Positions 26,075-38,363 of a stretch of 64,000 bases of DNA are shown here, piece after piece (position 1 is the first letter of the stretch; the number at the start of each line of letters is the position of its first letter). The DNA is from Octopus sinensis (taxonomy: Eukaryota). Where the stretch lies: positions 202,802,001-202,866,000 of the forward strand of contig NC_042998.1 in NCBI RefSeq assembly GCF_006345805.1, read 5' to 3'. The notes below the pieces were generated by a model. It was given only the letters and a program-made list of their open reading frames with translations. It searched no databases and had not been told where the DNA came from. Both the position numbers and the translations under genes were made by a program.

Positions 26075-27250
26075 TATATATATATATATTATATATATTA
26101 TATATATACTGTGTGTGTGTGTGTGCTATATAGACATATACGCACACATAGATATAGAGATAGATTTTTATATATATATGTATGTATATAAATACCTATA
26201 TGTGTGTGTGTGTGTATGTATATATATATATATATTATTATATATATATATATAGATATATATATAAATGCATGTATGTATGTATGTATGTATGTATGTA
26301 TAGATACAGAGGAAACGATCGTGATTGGGCTACAGAGTGAGAAAAATACAGAGAACGAAAGATATTAATGAACCAAGTGTGATATATGAGATACATACCG
26401 AATAAAGGTTTTCTCTAATATATTTCCGGAAACGGAAGTATGCCGTCAAATAATCTATCCGAAAATAGATTTCGTCTGATGTATGTATCTGTTTCACAAT
26501 ATATCCATTGCATTACTATCAAACAAATCCGTCCAAAGATGCATTTCTGTGATTCTCATACACCAACCATATTTCATATAACCATTTTTAATGTATTTCT
26601 CATATTCAGGCTTTTTGTAGTCAGATTACTTTGAGGACAACGATTATTTTTGTTTGTGTTGAAGTTTGTCATTTGTATTCTTCATTTGTATTTTTCATTC
26701 TTTTCTTTAATATTTTTGTTCTCTTCCTCGAGTTTGACTTTTGCAAGCGACTCACAGTTCAAATACTCTGTGTACAATTCATTAATACATATTCCATTTC
26801 GAAAAACATGTCGCAGTGGTTGGATCGATAGATAGATAGATAGATAGGTTTCTTATTAGCCCACAGGCTGCACACAATATAAACAAATTACAAGGTAGAG
26901 CTTTTCTTTGAGGTTTAAAAATATAAAATAATAATAATAATAATAAAATACTAAATAAAAGGGGGGACGATCAGGATCGTAAAAGAGAGAAGGAGGACAG
27001 GGGGTTATAGATAGATAGATAGATATATAATAGATAGATACAATAGATAGAATGATAGATGATAGATACGATAGATAGACAGACAGACAGGTAGACCTAC
27101 AGATACACTGGACTCTTTAATATGCTTTCTGTGAAGCAATGTATTTGTCTGTATGTATGCATGTGTATCAATATACATATACTTATATACACACAGTGTG
27201 TATGTATATGAGTATATGAATATACATACATACATGCATATATATATATT

Positions 27251-27320
<70 letters not shown>

Positions 27321-27849
27321 ACAAAGTGAAGTTGCAAGGTACTGCACGAATGGAAGTATATATGAAAGAAGGTTTGAAAAGGCTATTTTAAAGATTGGCT
27401 TGACCGATTTCACTTTCTTAGAAAAAGACTGTCAAAATAAAATGTAAAGCTTTTTATAAGCTTTGTTGTGTTAAGTGCTGGCTATCATAAAAGTATTAAA
27501 ATACAGTTATGCATTCTTTGATAATAATAAGAAAATGTTTAAAACAGCTTACCAGAAAGTATTTAAGAAAGTATTCAGAGCGGGACTACAAAAAGTATTA
27601 TGAGTTCAATAAAAATCATGTTTGTTTGGTAGTAAATATATATACATAGAAGGAGATATTTTTAAGAATTTACAAAAAATTGGAGTACTAACATATCTTT
27701 CTGACATTTTCTGTATATTATGTGTATCTAAGGAATGTTTACTATTTTAAGGGACAATGTGGGAGGTTGGTTGGGGGGATTTTTTTATCTTTGGTCTAGT
27801 CGGTAATGGTTCAGTGGTATTTAGTACTGGTCTTAGAGGTCAGAATGGT

Positions 27850-28915
27850 ATGAGTGTGTGTGTCTCTGTGCACGTCTCTATGTGTGTGTATATACATGTG
27901 CTTGAGTTTGTGTGTGGGGCCGTCTTTGATTGGTCCCAGCGTTTATTGTGGTATGTGTATATGAGTCTGTGTATTTTATATTTGGTAAGATGGTGTGTGT
28001 ATATGTGTGCACGTTTGTGTGTGTGTGTATGTGTGTGATTGATATTTTGAGGGTGTTGTGTGCGCGAATGTGTGTATGTGTTAGCTCGCGTGTGTGTATG
28101 TGTGCGCCTGTGTGTGTGCGTGTGTATGTTTGTGTGTTTTGTTTTGGTGGGGATGTTCTGTGTAAGTAAGTGAGTGTGTGTGTCTCTGAGTAAGTTTGTG
28201 TTGTTATAATTGTCCTTGTGGTGTGTGTGAGAGAGAGCCACCGTATGTGTGTGAGGATGCATATGTATGTGTGCGTGGCTATGTGTGGGTGTGTATGTGA
28301 GTGTGTTGTATTTAGCAAGGGTTCTGTGTGTGTCCGTGTGTGTTGGGTTTATCCAGGTGGTGTGTATGTGTGTGGTGTTTACGTTATGTGCATGTTGGTA
28401 TGCATTTGTGTGTGTATATATGTGGGTATGGTTTATGTAGTTTCCGGGGGGGTGCATATGTGTGTGTGCTGTATTTGTGAGTGATTTGTTTTGTTTGTAT
28501 TGTGTGTCTCTGAGTATGTTTGTATTGTTAGTGTAGTGTGTGTGTATACGTGTGGGTGTGTTTATATGAGTGTGTCTATGTGTCTTGTATTTGTCGGGGA
28601 GGTGTGTGTCATTGTGTGTGTGCTTGCTTGTGTGCATATGTGTATATCTGTGTGTCTGTGAGTGTTTGCTGTGATCGTTGGGATTGTATTGCGTGTGTTT
28701 TTCTTTTCAGTGTGTGTGATTTTTTACTGGGGAACAGGCGTATTGTGTTTGTATGTGTGTGTGTGTACATATGTGTTCATATATGCGTGTATGTTTGTGT
28801 GGGCTGTGTTGTATTTGTGTGTTTGTATGTGTATCGGTGTATGTGTTTGTGTGAATGTGATTTGTAATTGTCAGGGTGGTGTGTGTAGGCGTGTGCATGT
28901 ACGTGTTTATGTATG
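27850..28915. repeat. About 1.1-kb degenerate (GT)n-derived array running into an assembly gap
   Basis: Direct reading; explains the H/T-rich and V/C-rich ORFs. Confidence 0.9.
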
Positions 28916-29015
28916 NNNNNNNNNNNNNNNNNNNNNNNNNNNNNNNNNNNNNNNNNNNNNNNNNNNNNNNNNNNNNNNNNNNNNNNNNNNNNNNNNNNNN
29001 NNNNNNNNNNNNNNN
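28916..29015. other. Assembly gap (100 N)
   Basis: Exactly 100 consecutive N; true size unknown. Confidence 1.
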
Positions 29016-30669
29016 TAAAATTTGTTATATCTTTTACAGCTTAGTATATAATAGAATAGTGTGGGCAGGTATAGATTTTAAAAGGTTGCGGTCTGGAGGA
29101 AAAGGATTTGAGTAAGTGCTAAAAGTGAGGTGTTAATGTGAGATATATTATAGATGAGAGGATAAATTACAGAAGCACAAATACACACCAAGTCTGAAAA
29201 CACTTCCATTCGTTTCAACCCATAAGACAATTGCCCGAAACATTGTCCCTTCTGTTATCCACAAATCTCATAATCCAAAGCATCTTACCAAACTCCCTAA
29301 TCACTCTTTCTCTGCAGATTCTTCTCTTGGTATTTGAAAACATAAAAGAACTTTGATGCAAAGTACAATTACTCTTACCCTATCAATTACTCTTACCCTA
29401 TCGCTTTCATTTCCAAAGTCTCAAAGTTAGGAAATAGAAAAAGTCATTTGCAGCCACAACATTCAGTTAACATCTTCAGTTTTTCTCTCACCACAGTGAC
29501 TATTAGTATAGATTCTGTGGCGCCAGGTATGCTAGAGAGCTGCTTTCTTCTGCCACTCATCAGTGTTCTCACAATATTGAGAAATTTATCAAGTGCGATA
29601 TCGTTACTTAGAGATCAAGAAAGTATTTGACCATCTGACAAAAGAGTATTCAAGCTAAACTTCTCGTCTATCTTTTCTTAGTGGGGAAGAGATTACTTCT
29701 GATCATACGTACACTCTCAGCCTGCGCTGATGAGTTGCTTTACGATCTACACATTTATCAATCCTGATTTAACACAAAATTCCGTTGCGCCTTCAAACCT
29801 CCTCCTCCTCTACATTAACGACTACTTTAGATACCTCTAACAATTCCTTGTATAATCCCTTGAAACAGAAACTTCATAAACGATCTCAATTAAAATTGAT
29901 TGCTTTGTCTCCTTCAACAGCATAAATGAGAATGACAGAATCACTGAACACATCAAGGAAACAATCGCATATTTCTTATCTCTAATCTAAATGCGCAATT
30001 AATATGCTAACAGTTGTAACAAACGATGAACACTATAGTCTCTGAAATGTGGTCACAAATACATAACATATCAAGGACTATGTCCAAATCACAAACCTTC
30101 GTCTTCACTGCTAAAAAAAGGGTATTTAATTGAGTCACTAACAACTGATGATTTTCTACAGTGTTCAAGTTAAACTCTTAATGGAATATTATACCCACAT
30201 GTGGTATATTTCTGAAGTTATAAACACAAACATGTTGGACTGCATCAAAAAGAAAACATTGCTTCTTACTGATCGGCAAGGTCACTTTCATCAATACTCA
30301 TCAACCTTTGGACCATAGACTTGCTGCTATATACACTGACATTCCTTCCACTACTACAATAATTTCTGGTTCTCGGTTATGCTACCCCCACTCAACCATC
30401 TCTCACCTTTACAACACTTAAATTTTATTTCTTTCCCAAGCCGTGCTCTAACTCACTATTCCCAATCTATTCCCCATCAAAAAATAAATTCACAGGATTT
30501 CCCTTCCAGAACAAATTACTTTTCATTAGACATAAAATTGCACATGTACAAACTCCTTACTTCTGACAATCGTTAAGAATGAACATACACAAACATGACA
30601 GAAGTAAATAGACGCCCTTATAATCGTTAACATTTATTTAAATCTAAAACTATATATTTAAATTATTAA

Positions 30670-31708
30670 TTATTCAATGCAAAGGTCCTATTAGGCTTGT
30701 TACTGATCAGATGCCAAGACATTCCTCCAGAGAATATTCGTCAAGTTTCATACAGTTATCTTAAATGATTTGGATTTGAGGATGATTTCTTGCTATTTTT
30801 ATGCCCTATAATGGGTTCATATTTGGTGACTGGATTGACCGTGGAAGCTTTTTAATGTCAGCCTCTTCTAAGCAATCTAGGATCTTTTTAGCCGTGTGAC
30901 AAGGTGCTCCGTCTTTCATAAATAAAGAGTCTTCTTTAATCATTTCACCACTGGAAAAGATGGAAGGAGTCCTTTCTGCAATATGGACACATATTTATCT
31001 CAGTTTATCTTTCCCTCACACTCCACCAGCTCTGATCGACCATTCCTCCAAATTGCTCCCCTTACCATCACAGAATAGCCGCTGTGTTTCATTGTTGGCT
31101 GCAATCTTTCCACGTCAAATTCTTGATCCAAGAGTCTCCAGACCTACACGACCACTGTCAGAAAATACAGCAAATTTGGACTCATCAGAGAATATGACAG
31201 CGTCCCAAAATGCTAGTGGCCTCTCCGCCATCTCACTAGCCTAATCTTTTCTCCGTTTGATATTGGCTGGTTGAAGAAGTGGCTTCCGTCTTGATGCTCT
31301 TCCATAGTAGCCAAATTTGTAGAGATACCTTACAGCTGTTCTGGGACTCACATCAACTTGACCTGGGCGGGGTGATGTGGACTCCTTCTCCTTCCTGGTG
31401 AATTGCACAATCATTTTATTAATTGTAGAAAGTGGGATCCCATGTTTTTCTGCAATTTTATGTTGACTACATCCACCTTTAGATTGACCTACTTATTCTC
31501 TTAACGAAGCGAAGGGTCCTGTCAGAGGGTTCTGGTTGACCTGGCTGAGATGAATGGACTCCTTCCCTCTGCACAATCACTCTATTAACTGTAGAAAGCG
31601 GGATCCCAAGGTTTTCTGCGATTTTACACTAAGTCCACCTTCAGGTTGACCCACAATATGGCCTCTTTGAAATTCAGACAGTTCCAAGGCTTCTTTTGTA
31701 CGAGGCAT
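30670..31708 (-). pseudogene. Inactive Tc1-family transposase
   Basis: ATG at 31708: MPRTKEALELSEFQRGHIVG; then [16 protein letters not shown]; FWDAVIFSDESKF; FMKDGAPCHTAK; QSPNMNP; stops and frameshifts. Confidence 0.9.
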
Positions 31709-32050
31709 GTTGAAAGAGTCACACATAGAACCTGAAACATAAAAATGACAATCAATATAAAAATAACCTTTTCCAAATTAAATTAAACATCAAACGATAT
31801 TTTGTGGGCTGTCTATTTACTTCTGTCATGTCTGTGTAGTTGCTAGTTCAGAAAAGTAGGAATTACTATAGTATATGTAAAAGAGAGCGAAAGAAGGAAC
31901 AATTTGTTAGTGTGTTAATGCTTAATATCGTGATGAATGAAAGTTTGCTTCAGATATTATGTATTTATTTTAGTATTTTGGTATGGCTGATGCAAATTTG
32001 TTGATTCAACTACATCAGAGAGTGTATCAGCAGTAATTATTATATATATA

Positions 32051-32250
32051 TAGTTAATCCAAGCATGAACAAAGAGAAAACACAACAACGCAACAGCGCG
32101 AGGACGTGGAACAAGTATAGTGTTATTGAACGCTCGGGAAAGGTAAGAAAGAATGAGGATTTAACGTTTCGAGCGAAGCTCTTCGTCAGACATATATAAA
32201 AGAGAAAAAAGTCCAAGGAAGGAAAGACGGGGAAAGAAAAAACCGCCAAC
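32051..32250 (-). mobile_element. About 200-bp HHR-bearing repeat between (TA)n arrays (same family as 47448-47650)
   Basis: Shared AGTTAATCCAA...CAACAACGC..GAGGACGTGGAACAA...CGTTTCGAGC..AGCTCTTCGTC. Confidence 0.8.
32159..32193 (-). ncRNA. Minimal type I hammerhead ribozyme, canonical core
   Basis: Minus strand ATGT-CTGACGA-A-GAGC TTC GCTC-GAAA-C GTT-AAAT; palindromic AACGTT stem III; one mismatch in the 4-bp stem I. Confidence 0.75.
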
Positions 32251-32252
32251 TA

Positions 32253-32302
<50 letters not shown>

Positions 32303-32384
32303 ATATATATGTATATGTGTGGTTGTGTGTGTGTTATATATATATATATATTATATATATATATATATTATATATATATATATG

Positions 32385-32416
<32 letters not shown>

Positions 32417-32520
32417 TGTATATATAATATATATATGTATATATAATATATATATATGTGTATATATATGTATATGTATATATATGTATATATATGTATT
32501 GTATATATATATGTAATATA

Positions 32521-32563
<43 letters not shown>

Positions 32564-32601
32564 ATAGATATATATATATATATATGTATTATATATATAT
32601 A

Positions 32602-32643
<42 letters not shown>

Positions 32644-32743
32644 AATATATATATAATATGTATATGTATATATGTATATATATGATTATATATATATATA
32701 TATATATATATGTATCTATACAATATGTTACATTACTCGGTAG

Positions 32744-32818
32744 TCAAGATAAAACTCTGAGTTTCAGATGCCGAAGTGGAAATCCCAACACCATCTCTTC
32801 GGTTATCTGGCTATTTGA
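32744..32818 (-). ncRNA. HHR-like three-way junction lacking 4 nt of the CUGANGA box (PLE 3' region, left arm)
   Basis: Mirror of 35134-35208, with stem III AACTCAGAGTT. Confidence 0.55.
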
Positions 32819-35133
32819 AAACGTTATGAAAAAATACCGTTAAAAATGAAGGGAAATTACTCTGTTATAACTCTGCTTTGCCTGCGTACTTATACATCGC
32901 TCGCATTTTTCGTCATAAAAATATATAAAAATACATAAAAATATATAAAAATATATAAAAATATATAAAATCTTCTTGGACATAACACAGAAGCATGTTC
33001 TATCCGTTTTCTTTAGGGGACCAAAAACGTAACAGAAATTTAGTCACATGTGGGCATGATCCGAAAAGCTCTGTCCTTGTATTTAGACATGTGGTAGGGT
33101 CTAAGCTGCTTTCCAGATAAGCCATCTCTCCATGTCGCATAAACCGCACCTTCCGCTGCCGTTAGTATAGGGCTTACATCTGGCCAAATCTTCCATTGTA
33201 TGTTATAATCGACACCTTTATCTCTTAAAGACCAAATATGATTGGATAATTGTGTCGCTTTTCTTTTGTTCCAGTGCCTAAAGCTCAAAGTGTGGTTATT
33301 GAACCTGGCCTTGAAATTACCCTCTGTCAGGCCCACGTATTTCTTCGTCGAAACGGTGTCTTTAGTGGTTATAGAGTTTACGGTAGCTTCATATATGATG
33401 GTCTTGGACATGCAAGCTCCATTTAGCGGGCACAATTCTTTATTCCTGCATGAACAGCTGTTTTCTTCTTGTGTTTTTTGTATGTTATGATTGATTATGT
33501 TTTTAAAATTGGTAGTTGAACTAAAACTAATTTTTAAATTGTGTCTATTGAAGAGTTTCCTATAAGCATGGTTAACTGGAAAATGTCTATCTATCAGTGC
33601 TAGGAAATATTTACCTATATTGAAGGCCACCAGATGACCTTCCTATTTCTATTATTCCTTTTCCTTATTGTTGGGCTGGTGATAGGTGTATATTTTATTT
33701 TTTCGCTAAAACCACTATCTTTTAAAGCTTTATTATAAACTGGGGCAACGCTATTGAAGATGTCCTCATTAGATGAGAGGCTAGAAATCCTCTTACTAAT
33801 ATTTTAACTGAATTTTTGAATACTATAGGGGATGGCATGAACCTACATTAATATAACTTAGTCTATCATTGGGCTTCCTATAAGGCTTATAAATATTATT
33901 ATTAAGATCTAAGGAACGTCTAAGAAATTGACAACCGTCAGTTAGTGTCTATAGTTATACTAAGTCCGAAGTGTTTCATTAACTGGATAATATCCTTCCT
34001 AAAACGATCTTGTGCTGGTCCATTTGTATTAGCTGTTAAGGCCGAGGGCATCATCTTTGTAGATGGCGAAATGTACGTTAGGGAATGTCTTACCGAAGGT
34101 ATCTAGGAGAGAAAGAGTCCAATTAGATCACAGATGCCTGCCCCATCATATGAACCCATGCTCACATCGAAAGCGCCCTCCGTGTCGGTGTTTTTTACCC
34201 ACTTTGCATTCTCACTGAAAAGTAATGTCTTTCTAGCATGGAAGATTATATCCTTATCATTGGTACTAATTTCTATGAAGTCACTAGCGAAGATTAGGGC
34301 TTTATCTAGCAGTTCTTTAGAGATAGAGGCATAAAAATCAACAATATCGAATTGTGTAAACTTTTTCCAGTTAACCATGCTTATAGGAAACTCTTCAATA
34401 GACACAATTTAAAAATTAGTTTTAGTTCAACTACCAATTTTAAAAACATAATCAATCATAACATACAAAAAAACACAAGAAGAAGAAAACAGCTGTTCAT
34501 GCAGGATAAAGAATTGTGCCCGCTAAATGGAGCTTGCATGTCCAAGACCATCATATATGAAGCTACCGTAAACTCTATAACCACTAAAGACACCGTTTCG
34601 ACGAAGAAATACGTGGGCCTGACAGAGGGTAATTTCAAGACCAGGTTCATAACCACACTTTGAGCTTTAGGCACTGGAACAAAAGAAAAGCGACACAATT
34701 ATCCAATCATATTTGGTCTTTAAGAGATAAAGGTGTCGATTATAACATACAATGGAAGATTTTGCCAGATGTAAGCCCTATACTAACGGCAGCGGAAGGT
34801 GCGGTTTATGCGACATGGAGAGATGGCTTATCTGGAAAAGCAGCTTAGACCCTACCACATGTCTAAATACAAGGACAGAGCTTTTCGGATCATGCCCACA
34901 TGTGACTAAATTTCTGTTACGTTTTTGGTCCCCTAAAGAAAACGGATAGAACATGCTTTCTGTGTTATGTCCCAAGAAGATTTTATATATTTTTATATAT
35001 TTTATATATTTTATGTATTTTTATATAATTTTTATGACGAAAAATGCGAGCGATGTATAAGTACGCAGGCCAAAGCAGAGTTATAACAGAGAGTAATTTC
35101 CTTCATTTTTAACGGTATTTTTTCATAACGTTT

Positions 35134-35208
35134 TCAAATAGCCAGATACCGAAGAGATGGTGTTGTGGATTTCCACTTCGGCATCTGAAACTCATAGTTT
35201 TATCTTGA
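35134..35208 (+). ncRNA. HHR-like three-way junction lacking 4 nt of the CUGANGA box (PLE 3' region, right arm)
   Basis: TCAAATAG-CCA-GATACCGAAG...CTTCGGCATC-T-GAAA-C TCATA GTT-TTAT(C)TTGA: 8-bp stem I with one bulge, 9/10-bp stem II. Confidence 0.55.
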
Positions 35209-35303
35209 CTACCGAGTAATGTAACATATTGTATAGATAAATTTCCTCTATTTACATAATATTGAGGTCTCTTTCTTTCTTTTGTTATCTTACCGTTTTA
35301 TCA

Positions 35304-35378
<75 letters not shown>

Positions 35379-35547
35379 TATATATATATATATAGATATA
35401 TATATATATGTATATATATATAATAGATATGTATATATATATATATATGTATATATATAATATATATTGTATATATATATATTATGTATGATATATAATA
35501 TATATATATATATATAATATATATGTATATATATATATATATATATA

Positions 35548-35834
35548 TCACCGTGGCAGACCAGGCTATCAGATGTTGCTACACATCGCTGGTCACAATG
35601 CGCTTCGCATTGTTTTAGCCTTCAAATGACGCCATCCCGCAGGCTAAGCGAGCAGGCCAACAGAAGAAAGAGTGAGAGAAAATTGTGGCGAAAGAGTACA
35701 GCAAGGATCGCCACCACACCCTCCCTGAGCCTCGTGGAGCTTTAGGTGTTTTCGCTCAATAAACACTCATAACGCCCGGTCTAGGAATCGAAACCGCGAG
35801 TCCGTTGCCCTAACCACTGGGTCATTGAGCCTCC
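35548..35834 (-). mobile_element. tRNA-derived SINE family C (OR/OK-like), tail type 1
   Basis: Minus strand GGAGGCTCAATGACCCAGTGGTTAGGG (A box) ...GGTTTCGATTCC (B box)...AAAGCTCCACGAGG...CTGTACTCTTTCGCCAC. Confidence 0.85.
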
Positions 35835-35838
35835 ACAT

Positions 35839-35873
<35 letters not shown>

Positions 35874-35993
35874 CTCGCATTGATTGGAACCATTCCCAGT
35901 ACAATTCACGTGCACGTACAGATAGAGAAAGAGGGCGGAGGATAGAAGTTTAAAGGATGAATAGTTCTGAATGCACCGATGTTCAGTCATATC

Positions 35994-36257
35994 GAAGCTC
36001 CGGCAGGGGATGGATGGTGATCCCTACTGTACTCTTTCACCACAACTTTCTCTCACTCTTACTTCCTGTTTCTGTTGTACCTGTATTTCAAAGGGCCGAC
36101 CTTGTCACTCTCTGTGTCACGCTGAATATCCCCGAGAACTACGTTAAGTGGACACGTGTCTGTGGAGTGCTCAACCACTTACACGTTAATTTCACGAGCA
36201 AGCTGTCCCGTTGATTCGGATCAACCGGAACCCTCGTCGTCGTAACCGACGGAGTGC
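35994..36257 (+). mobile_element. SINE family C, 5'-truncated, tail type 2
   Basis: Shares AAGCTCC..GG..GATCC.T.CTGTACTCTTTC.CCACAA.TTTCTCTCACTCTT with 35548-35834, then a different 3' tail ending GTCGTAACCGACGGAGTGC. Confidence 0.8.
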
Positions 36258-36321
36258 TTCCATTACATCCACATTCTCAAATATTATTTTATAACCAAAA
36301 CAGCAACCAAATACTTCTCTC

Positions 36322-36626
36322 GAAAGAGCTGTTCTTCACTCCTGCTCCAGGGCGTCGGCTGCGGGGTCATTCCGAAAAGCTCTACCTGCGACGATTTCAT
36401 CTCAATCGAAGGAGAGGAGCTTTCTCCGTCCGGGTTGCGGATCCGTGGAACAAGCTGCCAGACGAGATGGTGAAGATGCCGACGACCGCTTTGTTCAAAG
36501 CCTCCCTTGACCTCAAGTGGCCTGAACTCTTTACATGAACACCACCCTGTACTTAACTCCATGTCCCCCTACATGGCCTTGCTATTTGCTTTTGAGCCAA
36601 ATTAATTAATTAACTAACTAACTAAC
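36322..36626 (+). mobile_element. 3' end of a CR1-like LINE (ORF2 C-terminus, stem-loop 3' UTR, (TAAC)n tail)
   Basis: LRGHSEKL..R..AFSVRVADPWNKLP..FKASLD.KW* (stop 36538); CCATGT...ACATGG hairpin; TTAATTAACTAACTAACTAAC tail. Confidence 0.85.
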
Positions 36627-36979
36627 ATTACATCATTCTACCTTAAAAGAAGGACAAATTAGACGATAAAGTCCTAAATATACGAAGCAAAAGAACAAAT
36701 GATCATAGCTCTGACATCTTTGACCTGTGGTGAAAACAGCAACGCCGAAATATAGTCTTTTATAGATTTTTCTTAATTCATTTATTATGGGTAATTTTCT
36801 ACAGACAAATGTCAACATTGAAATATATTAAAGTCTAACATAATAAAATTTCGTCAGATTTACTGTTGTCTGTAGATTAAAGTAATTATCTGACTGTATA
36901 TCAGCCAACACCTGTCTTTGAAGGAATCGGGTACCGTGTTTCTGGCTTTGGTATTGGTGATTGTTTAAAAATAAAAAAT

Positions 36980-37016
36980 CGTTGTTGCTGCTGCTGCTGT
37001 TGTTTTTAGTGTTGCT

Positions 37017-37049
<33 letters not shown>

Positions 37050-37675
37050 GCTGCTGCTGCTTTTTGTTGTTGTTGTGCTCGTCGTCGTTAGTGTGGTTTG
37101 CTGCTTTTGATGATGATGATGGTGGTGATGATGATGAGGATGATGATGATGATGATGATGATGACGACGATGACGATGACGACCGCGGCGGCGGCGGCGA
37201 CAGCGACAACGATGCTAGCAGTGGTGATGTTGGATTGAAGGGGGTGGAGAAGGAAGAGGAGATGGTGGAGGTGGAGGAGATGGAGGAGGAAGAGGAGGTG
37301 GAGGAGGAGGTGGAGGAGGAGGAGGAGGAGGGGGAGGAGGGGGAGGTGATGGAGGAGGTGGAGGAGGAAGAGGAGGAGGTGGAGGAGGAGGTGGAGAAGG
37401 ATGAGGAGGAGGAGGAAGAGGAGGACAACGACGACAGCAACGAGGACGACGATGATGACAACGATGTTGACAACGACAATGACGATGAAGATGATGATGA
37501 TGATGATGATGAATATGATGATGATGATGATGATGAAGATGATGATGGGGATGATGATGAAGATGATGATGATGATGAGGAGGAGGAGGAGGATGTTGAT
37601 GATGATGAGGAGGACGAGGATGATGATGACGATGATGATGAGAGATGGGATGTGATGGTGCTGATGCTTATCTTC
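36980..37675. repeat. Compound in-phase trinucleotide array (GTT/GCT, GAT/GAC, GGC, GAG)
   Basis: Direct reading; yields a 205-aa poly-D/E ORF with no other coding support. Confidence 0.9.
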
Positions 37676-37704
37676 AGATGATCATTGATCTAGTGTTAAA
37701 TTAA

Positions 37705-37820
37705 GTCGTCAGAGAGTTTGGTAGAATGCTTTGCAGTAACTGTTCCGGCTTTGAGTTCAGATCACGCCGAAGTCAATTTTGCATTTCAGCCAGAGTCGAA
37801 AGATAAACAGGGCTGTTTCT
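37705..37820 (+). mobile_element. SINE family B fragment, old
   Basis: TTTGAGTTCAGATCACGCCGAAGTCAATTTTGCATTTCA..GAGTCG. Confidence 0.55.
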
Positions 37821-38363
37821 CTCCTTTCTACCCCTTTCCCCCGCCCCCTCTCTCTCTTTATTTCTCTCTCTTTCTCTCTTTATTTCTCTCCCCCTCTTTC
37901 TCTCTCACACACACACGTGCGCGCCGCGCTCTCATTGTCTGTCACTTATTCTGACTGAGCTAGAAGAAACGGCCAAGAAAGGAGCATTCACATCATCATA
38001 ACCCCACCTTGATAGAGAATACGTCCTTCATTGAGCAGATCGATGGTCTAAGGAATTCTTACCATCCTTTTTGTCAGTGAACAATTCTAACATCAATATA
38101 CGTATGCGTGTCTATGTGCGTCTGTGTGTCTGTGTGTGAGTGTGTCTGTCTTTATGTTTGTGTTCATGTCTCTGTGTGTGTGTATGTGCATGTGTGTACG
38201 CACGCATTTTTTATTTTATTAATGGCTGCCATACAAATTTCTAATTTCTTTTCAGCAATTGTATACTTCAAGATCAACTATACTTCGACAACAATTTCTA
38301 CGTAATAATATTAGAAATGTCTGCGATTGTATGTGTTGTATATATATATATATATATATATAT

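Larger units (their letters stand above)
32713..35305. mobile_element. Young Penelope-like element inserted as an inverted (tail-out) pair: long antisense copy (RT-thumb-EN-3' end, 34361 to 32713) plus short sense copy (34363-35305); most like the Hydra clade of C-terminal-EN PLEs
   Basis: Arms 32713-33583 / 34363-35239. Minus strand QFDIVDFYASI, FDVSMGSYDGA, IYKDDAL (34050-34061), NFLDV, KPYRKPN, CSCRNKELCPLNGAC, YEATV..YVGLTEGNFKARFNNH, RCGLC..ELFGSCPH. Flanked by (TA)n arrays. The clade call is from memory of motif patterns. Confidence 0.9.

Noticed and set aside
29020-30600. Unique-looking block after the gap as a transposase or LINE relic
   Set aside because: Only vague motif resemblance in stop-ridden frames; it cannot be assigned.
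31180-31190. CTGATGAG on the minus strand as an HHR core
   Set aside because: It is the Tc1 FSDES codons; there are no flanking stems or GAAAC.
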